Assembly: GCA_037379345.1 (NCBI GenBank)
Contig: CM074519.1
Location: forward strand, 40,530,851-40,594,850
DNA length: 64,000 nt
Direction of reading: 5' to 3'
Source of the DNA: Perna viridis
Lineage: Eukaryota
Notes under the pieces: generated by a model
The model's database searches: none
Seen by the model: only the letters and a program-made list of their open reading frames with translations
Told to the model about the DNA's origin: nothing
Made by a program: the position numbers and the translations under genes
In this document: positions 52,193 through 64,000 of the stretch, piece after piece
Position numbering within the stretch: the first letter of the stretch is position 1
How the letters are laid out: every line of letters begins with the position of its first letter

Positions 52193-55100
52193 CGTCACAA
52201 CTTTGAAATCACTCCGCCGTTCACAAAACTTGAAATTTATGTTTATAAATAGCAACAAATAATAGAGGAAATCTATGTAATAAATAGGATAATTAATTGG
52301 TTATTCACTCCTTCCAATTAATTATCCTATTATCCAATGTTAGTGCAGGTCAATATAAGAGAACACCCACACTGTCCATTTTAAGGTATTTTGGTCCATA
52401 TCATTCTACTATTGTTAAAACATATATGTTTATACAATGTATCTACCACAGGGACCTCCTTTTAATGTCTACATACAGTAAATATAAATGCTTTATCCAT
52501 GGCTTATTTTTACTTGGCAATTGTCAAATCGAGCAGAAAATCACCACATTTATGTTTTTACAACCAAGATATTTTAACACATTGCTAGAAAAATAAGGCC
52601 TAAGATTTATCCTTGTATAGTTAAATTGACCTGATTCAGGTAAATAGTATGATTTGTATTAATTGACCTTCTTTTAGTCAATAAAACTGTTTTCTGTACT
52701 GTCCAAGAGAAGTCTTGTTTTGGCTGATTTGTAGAGTAATAAAACTTACATTAAAATCTATAAAGAAATTGATATGTCCTTGGACCAGAACTTGCTTTAC
52801 TCCAAAATGCATAAAAGATAATTGAGCATTGATACATTTTAATGTTCAAACTATTCACACTAACAATGAGATGAAAATCCTGATAGCATTAGAAGAAATA
52901 ACATTCATGATAAAACTATCATTGAGTTAAAAAAAACAACTACATTGTTGGGTAGTGAACTAATTGAGTTTTAATTGACTGGTGACAAAAACAGATGATA
53001 AGAAGTTCATCAGACCTTGGAGATAAATGCCTATATGAGTAATAAAAATCAGCATAAACTAATCAAGTTTGGAAGAATTATAAAAATACAACTAGAACAA
53101 AATAATATGTAGTTCTCTGATGTCTTTACTCTTACTGCACACTCTATATACTCATGTAATCTACTCACTGACCGCCTGAGTAAGATATATCTCAGCATGG
53201 CTCACAAATCTTTCCATACTGTTCTTAAAACTGTAATAATCCCTTCATCAAGTACTAAATTCATTCAAAATATATAATAATCATGAAGGAAACAATCCAG
53301 TTGAAAGAATGCATCACATAACAAGCTAGATAAATTGTGCTTGCATAGGCAAAACTTTAATATCATCACATACTTTTTAGTTAATTTTTCATATTACTCC
53401 AACTTGAGGGTTTGAATATTTCCATACAAACAAATTATTTAACTTATTGCCATATGCAGAATTTAGTTCATCCCTTAAATTTCACAAAACCTAATAAGGG
53501 TAAGTCCACAAGCAACATTTAAGTTCTCTAGCCTGCACCAGCTGAGCAAATTATAGTAGCGATCAGCTTATTGATCCTAGTATTCAAATCTTTATCACAA
53601 TACACGATTGCCGACAGATGTGTCCGCAAGAGAAAAATATAAACATTTTTTTTTATGAATTTGAATTAAATTGTCATTACATGTGATGTTATATAAATTA
53701 CACATTATCATTAGCATTACCTGAATGTCAACCAATAGGTGTATTGTAAAACATGGATAAGTCTTGTCAAAGATGGACTGGGTTGTCACAGTGTCAAATT
53801 TTGTCTATGATTGAACAGGTATACATACTCATGTTTTTCATTTTACATAAAATTTCACAATTAAAATTTTGATATATGTGTATATTTTTTGTGTATTTTA
53901 TAAATGTAAAACAAAATCCTAAATTTCATTTCAGAAATACAGCAGCCCAATTAAAAAGCAGTAGGAAGGTCTTGTTTTTATTTCAAACCTCTCAAAAACC
54001 AGACTAGAAAAAAACATATTTTACAATGCGCCAAATGAATGTCATGTGACAGGTTTTATTGCAAGTATCATAATTTCAATACATAATAATATGTATATAT
54101 GCAACAAAAATTCTCTTTGATCTTCGAAATATCATAATTAGTGTTTTGTAAACAAGTTAATTAGGTATATCATTTTCCCCTCATTACAAATGAAAATTAG
54201 TGGAACTATAATCAGCTGTCTAGCATTTAAATGTGATAAGGCATTCACTCCATACAAATTAGGATTAAGACCATTAACTTTGACATTTGACCTAAGATGA
54301 CCTTTTCAATAACTGTTGTAATTTTGAATCTGGTCTGAATTCTTGGTCACAACACACCTTTCTAAGAAAACAGCATTCTATTTTGGCTGCAACAGTTAAT
54401 ATCTGATAAGACAAATCCCAAAGTGAACTTAACAAACATTTATTATATAGCGGGAACAAACATTTATTAAACAAGATGTAGGTATGTCAGACTTTCTATA
54501 TTCCAATTTCCTTGAGTGTGATTATAATTATATATTTTGTTATCAGAAACATATTCTGCAGTAAAACAAGGTAAACATTTTTTTTACTACAATTTTTGTT
54601 TTCATTACCTTACTATTTCTGAAGAATCTGATGAGTTTCAAGATTTTAAAAGATTTTGTTATTGAATCTTTTGTCCTTCATGTTTTGTTATATTACAAGA
54701 GTTTTACCTCCATCATTAGATATTGTCAATCAAACTTATCTTATTTGGCAACCCATACCATGTGACAAGTGCATATGACATCTCTACATAATGCTACTTT
54801 AATCAAATTAACCACAAGGAGGACTTCACTGAGTACATGTGCAACATGCTAAAAAACATTCACTAAAGTCATTAAAACATATCAGGTGTCAAAAACCAGC
54901 TCTATTTAAAAATCTCTGAATTGTTGACAACATATAGCTTAGTAGGGTGTGGAACTATTTGTTTCTTATATTATTATATTTTTGGAACATTCAAGTGTCA
55001 AACCTTTTCTCAGGTAATTAATTCCTTTTATAAATCAGATGATGTTAGATAAAGGTTAATGGTAGCATATCAATATTCTCAGGTCAGACAACCAACTTTG

Positions 55101-55478
55101 ATTTTAGGAAATTAGATATTATATCAAAAGAATACAAGAAAAAGAAACTGAGTTCTCCCACTACGATATTTAATTGACGACCCGCTCCTATCCTCTGATC
55201 AACGATAAATTGTTAAATAGACCTTATTGAATAGATACAAAATGATCAAATATTTTGCATTTTATATACAATTGTGTAACATTCTGTTGAGTAATGGTGA
55301 TATTACTCATAAGAATTGAATGCAACATTGGTTTAACATAAATGTTTTTATGTTGAAATGGTTAACAAAACAAAATAATGTAAATTCTGGGTACATTTCA
55401 AGTTGTTTCACAATATTCACAAGAAACTTCCATACAAAAATATGTATCAATCCACAGACGCCTCGAGTGATCCACACA

Positions 55479-55803
55479 TCTGGAATCCATATCCAGAAAT
55501 CCAGAGACTAAACTACACCTGAAATCTGGAGTCAATATCCAGATATCCAGAGATCAGTCTAAACCTTAAGTCTGGAGTGAATATTCAGAAATCCAGAGAT
55601 CAGTCTAAACCTGAAGTCTGGAGTCCATATCCAAAAATCCAGAGATCAGTCTAAACCTGAAGTCTGGAGTCCATATCCAGATATCCAGAGTTCAGTGTAA
55701 ACCTGAAATCTGGAGTCCAGATCCAGATATCCAGAGACCAGTGTAAACCTGAAGTCTGGAGTCCATATCCAGATATCCAGATATCCAGAGACCAGTGTAA
55801 ACC
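55479..55803. repeat. 46-bp minisatellite, about 7 copies
   Basis: Unit tctggagtccatatccagatatccagagatcagtctaaacctgaag. Confidence 0.95.
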
Positions 55804-58800
55804 AAACAATTAAAGTCCTTCAATACTTTTTTAAACCTTAACAAACAAAACATCTAAATAAAACCTACAAAGCCTTTAGTCTACAGAGATTTAACCATAA
55901 TAAAATGGTACTAGTATGATGCAGCATAATAATTTAAAGAAAACTGAAAAAAGATCTGACTTATCCAAAACAAATTTAATACAAAATTCTTACTTACCTT
56001 AATGCTAAAATCCTTCTTATAAAATGCACAATAATAAGACAAGAAATATATAGTGATAAAAGATCAAACAATTGTTATACAATATCCCTAACCCATAAAC
56101 AAAACCCATCTGTGTTGTTTACTTACATCTTCAAATCTGATATTTTATAACTCCTTATGAAGCGTAAGTAAACAAATTTCATCTTAACAGGAACAATAAA
56201 GCAGAGTTTAATCTGTTTTTGCAGCCCATTTTGATCTATAAATTGTTGACAAGCTTAATATGGATAACTCTGCCATGATATTGTAACCCTCTATCACAGT
56301 ATTGTTTGTGTAATTTTATTAAATTGGAAAATTTTGGCAAGATCTTGTAATATAAGATGATATTTCTTTCGTTGATGAAAAATGAATTGATTGACACGCT
56401 TGTCGGGTTAGAATTCTTGTACCTAAAGTGTGTCCCAGACAAATATAATGTGTTAAAATGTCCTGTCATTGTTCAAATTTGGCAATCTCATCATGGCAAT
56501 GATAAGCTGGGAAATATAATTCTCATAAACCAACAAACCACTATTACATCGCATGATGGGCTTAAAATCGTCCCTGTAAAAGGCATTCATACTGCATGGC
56601 ATCATATGAAGACTTCTCAAGGTTACATGCTTGAACGAGTAAGATTATAATTATCCTAACATCACCATTAAATATATATTAAGTTAAAAAAAAATAGTAA
56701 AACTCCATTTTGGTGAGGATTGTATTATTGGTAGAGTTACCTCATGGTAATTAACTTTCCTGACATTTTCTCTATTTTAATTAAATCTCATGTTAATTGA
56801 ACTTCTGCTGATACTGGAAGAAATAAAGCCATATCACAGAAAAACTACTGAGAAACCTATGTCTCAATAATAAATTACGATGTAGTGGTATGTTTGTCAT
56901 ATCATCAATGCATGCTATCAGAATGACAAAAATTGAACTCCCAAACCATACATCCCATTGAATAACAGAAAAACTTTTCAAGTAAGCATTTAATTTCCTA
57001 CACAGTCAAATCTATTTCAATAGCTTGAAATAGCAAGCATCAGCACAAAGGATAAATATCTTGGTCAGGCTACTCGTATAAACCAGATTATGTATTTCAA
57101 ACGTGGACAGAATATATCATATTTCTATCAATATTTAAATTGAGCAAAGACGATTTCAATTATCTGCATAAATACATATATAGAGAGTTAATGTCAATAA
57201 AAAATTTCAATTGTAACTTTTGCAAATATTTCAACAAGTACTGGTGAACAAATTAGATTTAATATGTTAAACCCTGGTCCAGAAATGCCCTTTCTTTGGA
57301 AGTATACATCTCCAAATTTTATTTCTTAATTAAATATTTGAATGTAGAAAGAGCCATTAAATCTATGTAATAAGTCAAAAAAGAAAACTCCAAGCTGAAT
57401 GTCTCACAGATTTAATGTTGTGTTAAATATCTCTAAAGCCATTTAACGAGAAAATCTTAATTCAAGATTTTGGTGCTGGGGGTCTTTTGTCAACTCTTTA
57501 TATCTAGGTCTTTTGAAACATGTGCCTTAAATAGTATCTTCAAAATTTTCAAGGTCAACTAAGGAAAAACCATTACAACTTGTAAGATTTAGAATTATTT
57601 GGTCAGAGTAGCACCACAGAGACATTCTGTAATATGAAAATTTCATGCCAGGCATTATTTTTGTGATTTGCTTGGTCAAACATTTCATGTGGGCAGTCTT
57701 CATGATAAACCAGTAGAAGACTGAGGCTTCAAAAAAAATATCAGAAATCATTGTGAATTTACTTTTTTTAAACAATAAGAAGATTATCATTTTTTGGGAT
57801 ATTGAGAAATATCTTGCATAAGTAATGTTAAAAGATTGAATATAATTGGAATTAAAACCCCTGTTTAGTACAGTAGTTAGAACATCAATATTCTGTATTC
57901 CCAGATTTTAAAAAGTCCCACCCAGAACACACCAAGACTAGTTTTCTATGGACATGCATCTACTGAACAGGCTTACAAACATTTCTTCATAAGACAGAAA
58001 CAGCCAAATCAGCTTAAGAGATTAGCTGTAACTTTCAAGTCAAATTACAGCACCCCAAATCGATGAACTAGACATCACATGGTAAGGTCTAAAACCACAG
58101 GCATTCCATGTCCTGTTCAGACAACCTAGGAGTATTATCTACTTAAACTGTCTAATTCTATATAATACTGAAATCACCTATACAATTCTGTATAATTCTA
58201 TCATTTGCTTTATAGTTCCATATACACATTATAATCCATGTTTAATGCTATCAGAAGCTGTTCCATGTACATAGTATAGACTCATGATTATTTGTTGTAA
58301 ACAAAAATTCAGGTCAATTGTTCTATTCTGAACTTTACTGCCAGCACCAAATCTACTGTTTTGTGTTAATTGTATTAATAATGTAAATTTTAAAGTTTGA
58401 AAAGTCGAAGAGGAAAATTTGTACTTTCCTACAAAACCTAAGCAAATACTTTACATCCAATACATGTATGTTCAGCCTTATTCTACTATAAGTACATGTA
58501 CAATATTCAGGCAAAATACTAACAAATTCGATAAATCCAGTGCATAAATAAAACAGAATTCTTAAAACAAATTTCTTTTCATCTTAACAAAGTTTATAGA
58601 AGCAATAAAATTTATTTACCAGTAAGTTGTTAATGCTAAACCTTGTACTAAGACACTATTTCAATAAGAACTGATTTTTTCAATGTTAAGACTTCCATGA
58701 GCAAAGCACTTCAGAAAAAAAATGACAAAACCAAGTGACATTTTTGTTGAAGTATTCCAATGTTGAGAAAAACTTCTAAGATTTTCTGATATACATATGT

Positions 58801-58888
58801 ACAAATGATAAGAATGTTGATACCAACTACATCAGTAAACTTTGTAGTAAAATATCCATAAACAGCCACAATAATAAATCCAGCTTAC

Positions 58889-58964
58889 CTCTATCTCTTT
58901 GTCTCAGCTGTCGTAATGCTAATCGTATCTGTTTCTTCTCCTCATAATCGTTGGTCTGGGTTAA
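58889..58964 (-). CDS. Exon encoding the C-terminal half of a smoothelin-type motif (LTQTNDYEEKKQIRLALRQLRQRDR)
   Basis: ttgcag| acceptor, G|gtaagc donor, 76 nt, phase 0 to 1; peptide fits the L-x-x-T-x-D-Y-E-E-[RK]-[RK]-x-I-R-x-A-[IL]-R smoothelin motif; not in the ORF track because it is short. Confidence 0.85.
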
Positions 58965-59196
58965 CTGCAAGTACAAAAAAACAGTCAGATTTGTAAATAA
59001 TGAAAAAATATTGTTTTTATCTAGAAATAAGTGATAGAAAGCCGAACAAGAACAAGAATGTCATTTTGAGCAATGCCATTTAATTATTAGATTGGCAGAA
59101 TTTATCATAGGATAACCAAACAAGATAGTTCCACTATACCATGACATAGTAAGTTGGATAGCTTGATTCCTACAGAAATCTAGTAACTTAAAAGTC

Positions 59197-59269
59197 GAAT
59201 AAGGACCCCCCCAACCCCTCCCCACTACCCCAGAATAGGACCCCCAACCCCTCCCCACTACCCCAGAAT
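59197..59269. repeat. C-rich tandem duplication (G-run rich on minus strand)
   Basis: gaata(a)ggaccccc(c)aacccctccccactacccca x2. Confidence 0.9.
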
Positions 59270-60353
59270 CATTGAACTAGCCATAATAGTTAGGTCTGAA
59301 AACCATATTATTTTTTTTACATTTGTATGGACACAAATGTCCTACCTCAGTATGCAAGAGACTCAGTACCTTTTCTCTCATGCTGATATAGAAGTCCACA
59401 TTCTTTGTTTTACAATGTAAGTATCCCATAAGTTATATATGGTGTTTGATCAAAGAGTACCATTCATCTCTTTAAGGTACTTTAAGCTATAAGGGATAAC
59501 TATCCCTAGATTTCAATTGTACTGTTATTCTTACAAAAAAAAGGTCTATCACAAGGGTCCAAATTTCAAGAGAGGAAGGTCCAGGACATTACAAGTTTCA
59601 AATCAACTTGAATAAAATATAAAGTCCTCAATAAAGTGTCATTGATTATAGTTGAAGGTCTCTGACCTTGGTACCTAAAATTTCAAAGGGCCTCTGACAA
59701 AAACTTAAACAATCCAAGATCTTGAACCACTGCTTATTTGAATCCCTTCTATATAACAGTGGTTCTTCATTTTAAAGTTATAATATACTAACATTTGTTT
59801 TCAAATTTTCAGATTAAAAAATTAATATGTTCATTACATCTGTTATGCATGCTGTACATAGAATACAACCTCATACAACTACAATATTTTATCTTTAAAA
59901 GATTGTAACAAGAAATACAACAAATAAGCCCATCTCTCATTCTTTATCTTTAATGGTGTGATTTTCTACCATTTGTTCCTGTAGGCTATAATGGGTATAT
60001 CTATGAAATAGTCTAGAAAATTGATCCCTATTTTAATCAAAAGGGCAGTGTTTTACATCAGATATTGAAGTTGTAGGATAGATTTAACACCTGATGGATA
60101 TTGATCTATTAAAACCTTAAATCTATTTTATCTGGAATCTATTAAATACTATGAAGAATGCCAGGTCACATATCTGATACATCTAAGGTAAAGATAAACT
60201 TACAATCCAGGTCCAAGACCTAATTCTATAGTTCTATACTCGTGTACTTTAATGGTAGACTAACAGGGGGTTTCCATCGAAATTCAAATACTATATAACA
60301 CATACGTCTATAATGGTTTTCAGGACCCTACTGTGGCCCTGGGGTTGCAGTTG

Positions 60354-60387
60354 TTTTTTTTTTTTTTTTTTTTTTGGGGGGGGGGGG
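60354..60387. repeat. T22-G12 homopolymer junction
   Basis: Direct reading. Confidence 0.9.
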
Positions 60388-61459
60388 ACTTTATCAAACA
60401 TTCAACTTCAGATTGTGTTCCCCTTTAAACCATGATGACTGGTGTAAGGTTAAATGACAGGACCAAATGAATCAACATTTAAAAAGAGGGACAAGATGAT
60501 TGTGCTTATTTTCTAGTGCAGAGTTGATTGGTGAATCTTACAAAATACATACCGTTCAAATTCTTGTTAAGTATGGCTTAAGATTCTCAAATATTTTTTT
60601 AAGCTTATCACTTTGAAAAAAGTAAATTCAGTAAAAGAAGTTCAGAAAACTTAATGACTCAAACATACATCCATCAAAGTTCCCATCATTCCTGATACAT
60701 CTAAACTCATCATTATAATACCTGTTAATATCTATCTCACCTTTGTATTTATAAAGTTTTGTGACCTTGACCACAAAAGTTGTGATTTTGCCTCCACATC
60801 CATATCCAGACTTAATTTCCGCTGCTGAAGCGGAAGTTCTGAATTTAGATCCAAACTTAATTTCCTTTGTATGTAACCGACAAACATAGTACAGTTAGTT
60901 GACACTACATCACCTAGACTAAAGACCTACATGCCAATGTATAATTCCCAACATTAAATCATAACTCTAATCCACTTAATGACAACACATATATAGAAGG
61001 GATATGTAACCTTCAGTAATAACTGGTATTAAACTATCCATAACGCCAGTCTTTTATGTCACTGTAATTCCTCTTTTACTTAACTGGTCACATGTCCTAG
61101 GGAAAAATTAAAAGTTGAATGATTTTTGCCCCCACTCAAAATATTTACTTCTTTGGATTTAAACTTTGTGTAAATAGACGAATTAAAAGTAATTCAATGG
61201 AATTCGTCATTTATATTTCTAATACAAGGTTATTTGAATTGCTGTCTGATCTCACACAGGCTTTTAATTCTCCAACATGTAATATTGTCATTTTAATATC
61301 ACATCCATAGTACTCCTATGAATTTGCTATGTCATTTTCACAGAAGAATTTCCATATCAAGATTGAATTGTACCAAACAAGAAAATACCTTAATCAGCCT
61401 ACACCAACAAACATAACTAAGTCCCGGAATGAAATCAGAATTATTTTCGGCACAACCAC

Positions 61460-61539
61460 GTTTTCATTCTTTCTCTGACACAATCAGTATTATCCATGTT
61501 TTCATTCTGTCTCTGACACGATCAGTATTATCCATGTTT
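61460..61539. repeat. 38-bp tandem duplication
   Basis: gttttcattct(t/g)tctctgacac(a/g)atcagtattatccat x2. Confidence 0.9.
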
Positions 61540-64000
61540 GTAACAAATAGGTAAGAATGTATTGACAAATTACAGATAGAGTTTATATAGCTCGACCAAT
61601 ACTTGAATGGAATTTCTACAGAAAAGTAAACACCCTGTTTTATCGTTCCATTGAATAAAATGCCTCTGTTTTCTCAATATCCTTCCACTGACAGACTGTA
61701 ATCAATTTGGGATTACGTCTGCGACAAAAATTAAGTCCATAGACAATTTTTAAATTGTATCAATAAAAAGAAAAAAAATTGAGCGGATTTATTATTATGC
61801 ATAATCATATTATACCCAGCTGATTATATTCTGTAATACTATATGACCCCTTTGCACCCTGGTTTAAGAAGGTTAAGACAGTTCCATCTTTATTTTTATA
61901 TTTAATTCTTTGTCTATTATAAATATATGCCTCTCTTTCTATTAATTACGTAATCAAAGTTTTAAAATTCTTCTATAATATCCTTATGTAAGCCATCATC
62001 TATACAGTTTAAAAAGATACTAATCTGTTATTCTTAACAATCTGAATCCATTATTTATAGATATGATTAATCTTTAAATGGAGGTATTCCCCGCTAATCT
62101 GCGTTGGTCCTTTTTCATATGAAGACAATTTGACGACGTTTGACTGCTGTACATACCATCTAACTTTAAATGTCACAGTCAAAAGCCCCAGGAATCAACG
62201 TATTGCTTAATGAAAAAATATAACTTAATGTTAGCTAACACCATTGTTTCTGATACATGTATCTTCTGAATGCATCTTTTATTTTACTTCCTTATGTCTT
62301 AGTATAGTTTTTGAAAATCACAACATAATACATGGACCAAGGGTCAAGGGGTAGCTCCTTTCAAAAGAAAAGACAGCTAAGATTTTTTATTTTGTATACG
62401 TCTGTTGTTTAAAACAGTACATATTTTATTGGTGCATTATCAAAAAAAAAGGATTTGACACAAGTAATGGCAACTTGTGGTCTGATGTGAATTATATATG
62501 TATTACTAACAATGGCTGATTTTGGCCTTTCAAGAACAATAACTCTTATGAGATTTGGATTGAGTTTACAGTAGCTGACAGTTTGCAAAATTTTAAGATT
62601 TCATTTTGCCTCATAATCAAGAGACTTAAAAAACCATTGATTTATCAAAATTAAAACTAAGTCCATGAAAATCAAAAGCTCAAGAAATCTACCCTGTTTT
62701 TCCACAAAAACAAATACATGCACTTGAAAGAAATTACTGAATAAATATTTAAAACCATATTGACATTTGAAATACCACAACCAAACTTATAAGCCGAGAG
62801 GAGTAGAAAACATACAAAAATATATCAGAATACAAACATTTGAAGTAATGCTACCTGTCTTTTGACACCTCATTGTTTTATTGGTACAAAATATATATGT
62901 TAAGGTGATATGAAGTGGCTAAGACCTCCTAGATGGTGTAAAAATACATACTATTACTGAAAATAATATTTGGCACTCAGTGGAAGGCTGTATAAACAAC
63001 TTCTATAAAGTCATGCTAACTTTCAGTTTGAATAACAAAAGTTGTATTTTTGTACCAGTTTAAAAGATTCCAATAATGAATGTTAAACCCTAAGTTCAGT
63101 TGGACCATTTTTAATACAGACTGGTTGAAGAAAACAGAAACAAACATGACATTAATTCATTCATATATTTGGTAATGTTTTACTCTGAATAGTAGATCTA
63201 GACTTCTATCGTGCCTTATAATAAATGTCTGAAACTTTTGATGTTATCACTTTGGTAGTTGTCCAACTTATAACACAAATGAAATCATCAAATTTGTTTA
63301 CTTTTTGTACAATACTTGACTACATAATGGAATTAAAATGTTGATTTATTTTGCTTTTTTGACATGAAAAACTATTAATCTCTATGTCTCTTTTTGACTA
63401 AAAATAGATATAGTTTTATAATCAGTGGTGATATTTTTGTACAATGGTCCTGTTTAAGGAATCAATTTTCTGTAGCACCTATGAAATGGAGCTATCCCCA
63501 TACTACCCTGACAATTACATAAACCTTAAGATATAAATATATTAAATATCAAGATAAAGATAAGGTGAGTAACTTTTTTTGGCTTAGCACCTTTTTCACT
63601 TCCCATTTTAAATTTCACACTACTATCCATTTCTTTGCCAAATTTAGGTAAACTACATGATCAATCACATACTGTATTGTAGTAAAGAGTTATAAAAGAA
63701 TTTTAACATTATATTAACAAGTTCAACAGGAGCATTCATCAATCTTGTAATTCACATTCTAATATTTTTGTTTGCGCTTGTCAACTCAAGAAACACAATG
63801 TCAGGTACTTAGTAGCAAAAATCATTAACAAGTTCGTAAGGACTCATCCGACAAATAAGTCGTAATAATTAAATCTAGTCACGTCTCTTCCTGTGGATTA
63901 TCAAGAAAGTTTTATTTTAATTCAAAATGCTTTCCTTTAAATTTCAAATGAAAAGAATCATCAGAATTTGTACCTTATATCATAATAAAATTGTTCAAAT

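Larger units (their letters stand above)
3099..58964 (-). other. Span of a partial multi-exon gene: smoothelin-motif + 4x I-set Ig cytoskeletal/muscle protein (both ends outside window)
   Basis: 13 exons with canonical AG/GT sites and consecutive phase agreement (0/1,1/0,0/1,1/1 x7,1/0,0/0,0/0) join into one 1382-codon open frame. Confidence 0.85.

Noticed and set aside
53490-53499. Perfect CArG box CCTAATAAGG
   Set aside because: A few are expected by chance in 64 kb at this AT content; no supporting context.
50119-56060. Isolated strong donors near 50118 and 55997
   Set aside because: Phase-1 frames hit stops immediately; no credible coding exon.
60354-60387. Poly-T as a processed-pseudogene tail
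   Set aside because: No adjacent coding remnant or target-site duplication; homopolymer lengths may also be assembly-dependent.

Overview
AT-rich eukaryotic genomic DNA, intron-dominated, with interspersed repeats resembling those of bivalve molluscs (taxon is an inference). The whole window lies inside one large minus-strand, multi-exon gene that runs off both ends. I could chain 13 GT-AG exons with fully matching splice phases (58964 down to 3099; 4146 nt, 1382 codons, no stop). They encode: the second half of a smoothelin-type motif (LTQTNDYEEKKQIRLALRQLR), a long Ser-rich disordered region, four tandem I-set immunoglobulin domains (one phase 1-1 exon each), a second disordered region with repeated LRRxxS / WH2-like / Xin-like motifs, and the first half of another smoothelin-type motif (YDNIDDEDELHKI). 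Two phase-compatible ATG-bearing alternative first exons (47640-47682 and 6039-6116) suggest internal promoters. The introns hold a 3' remnant of a Penelope-like retroelement RT whose terminal 38 bp are amplified 8 times, three more copies of its 3' end, several MITE-like and foldback elements, and at least eight unrelated minisatellites. No rRNA, tRNA, CRISPR array or prokaryotic features were seen. All exon calls are from manual reading, without transcript evidence.
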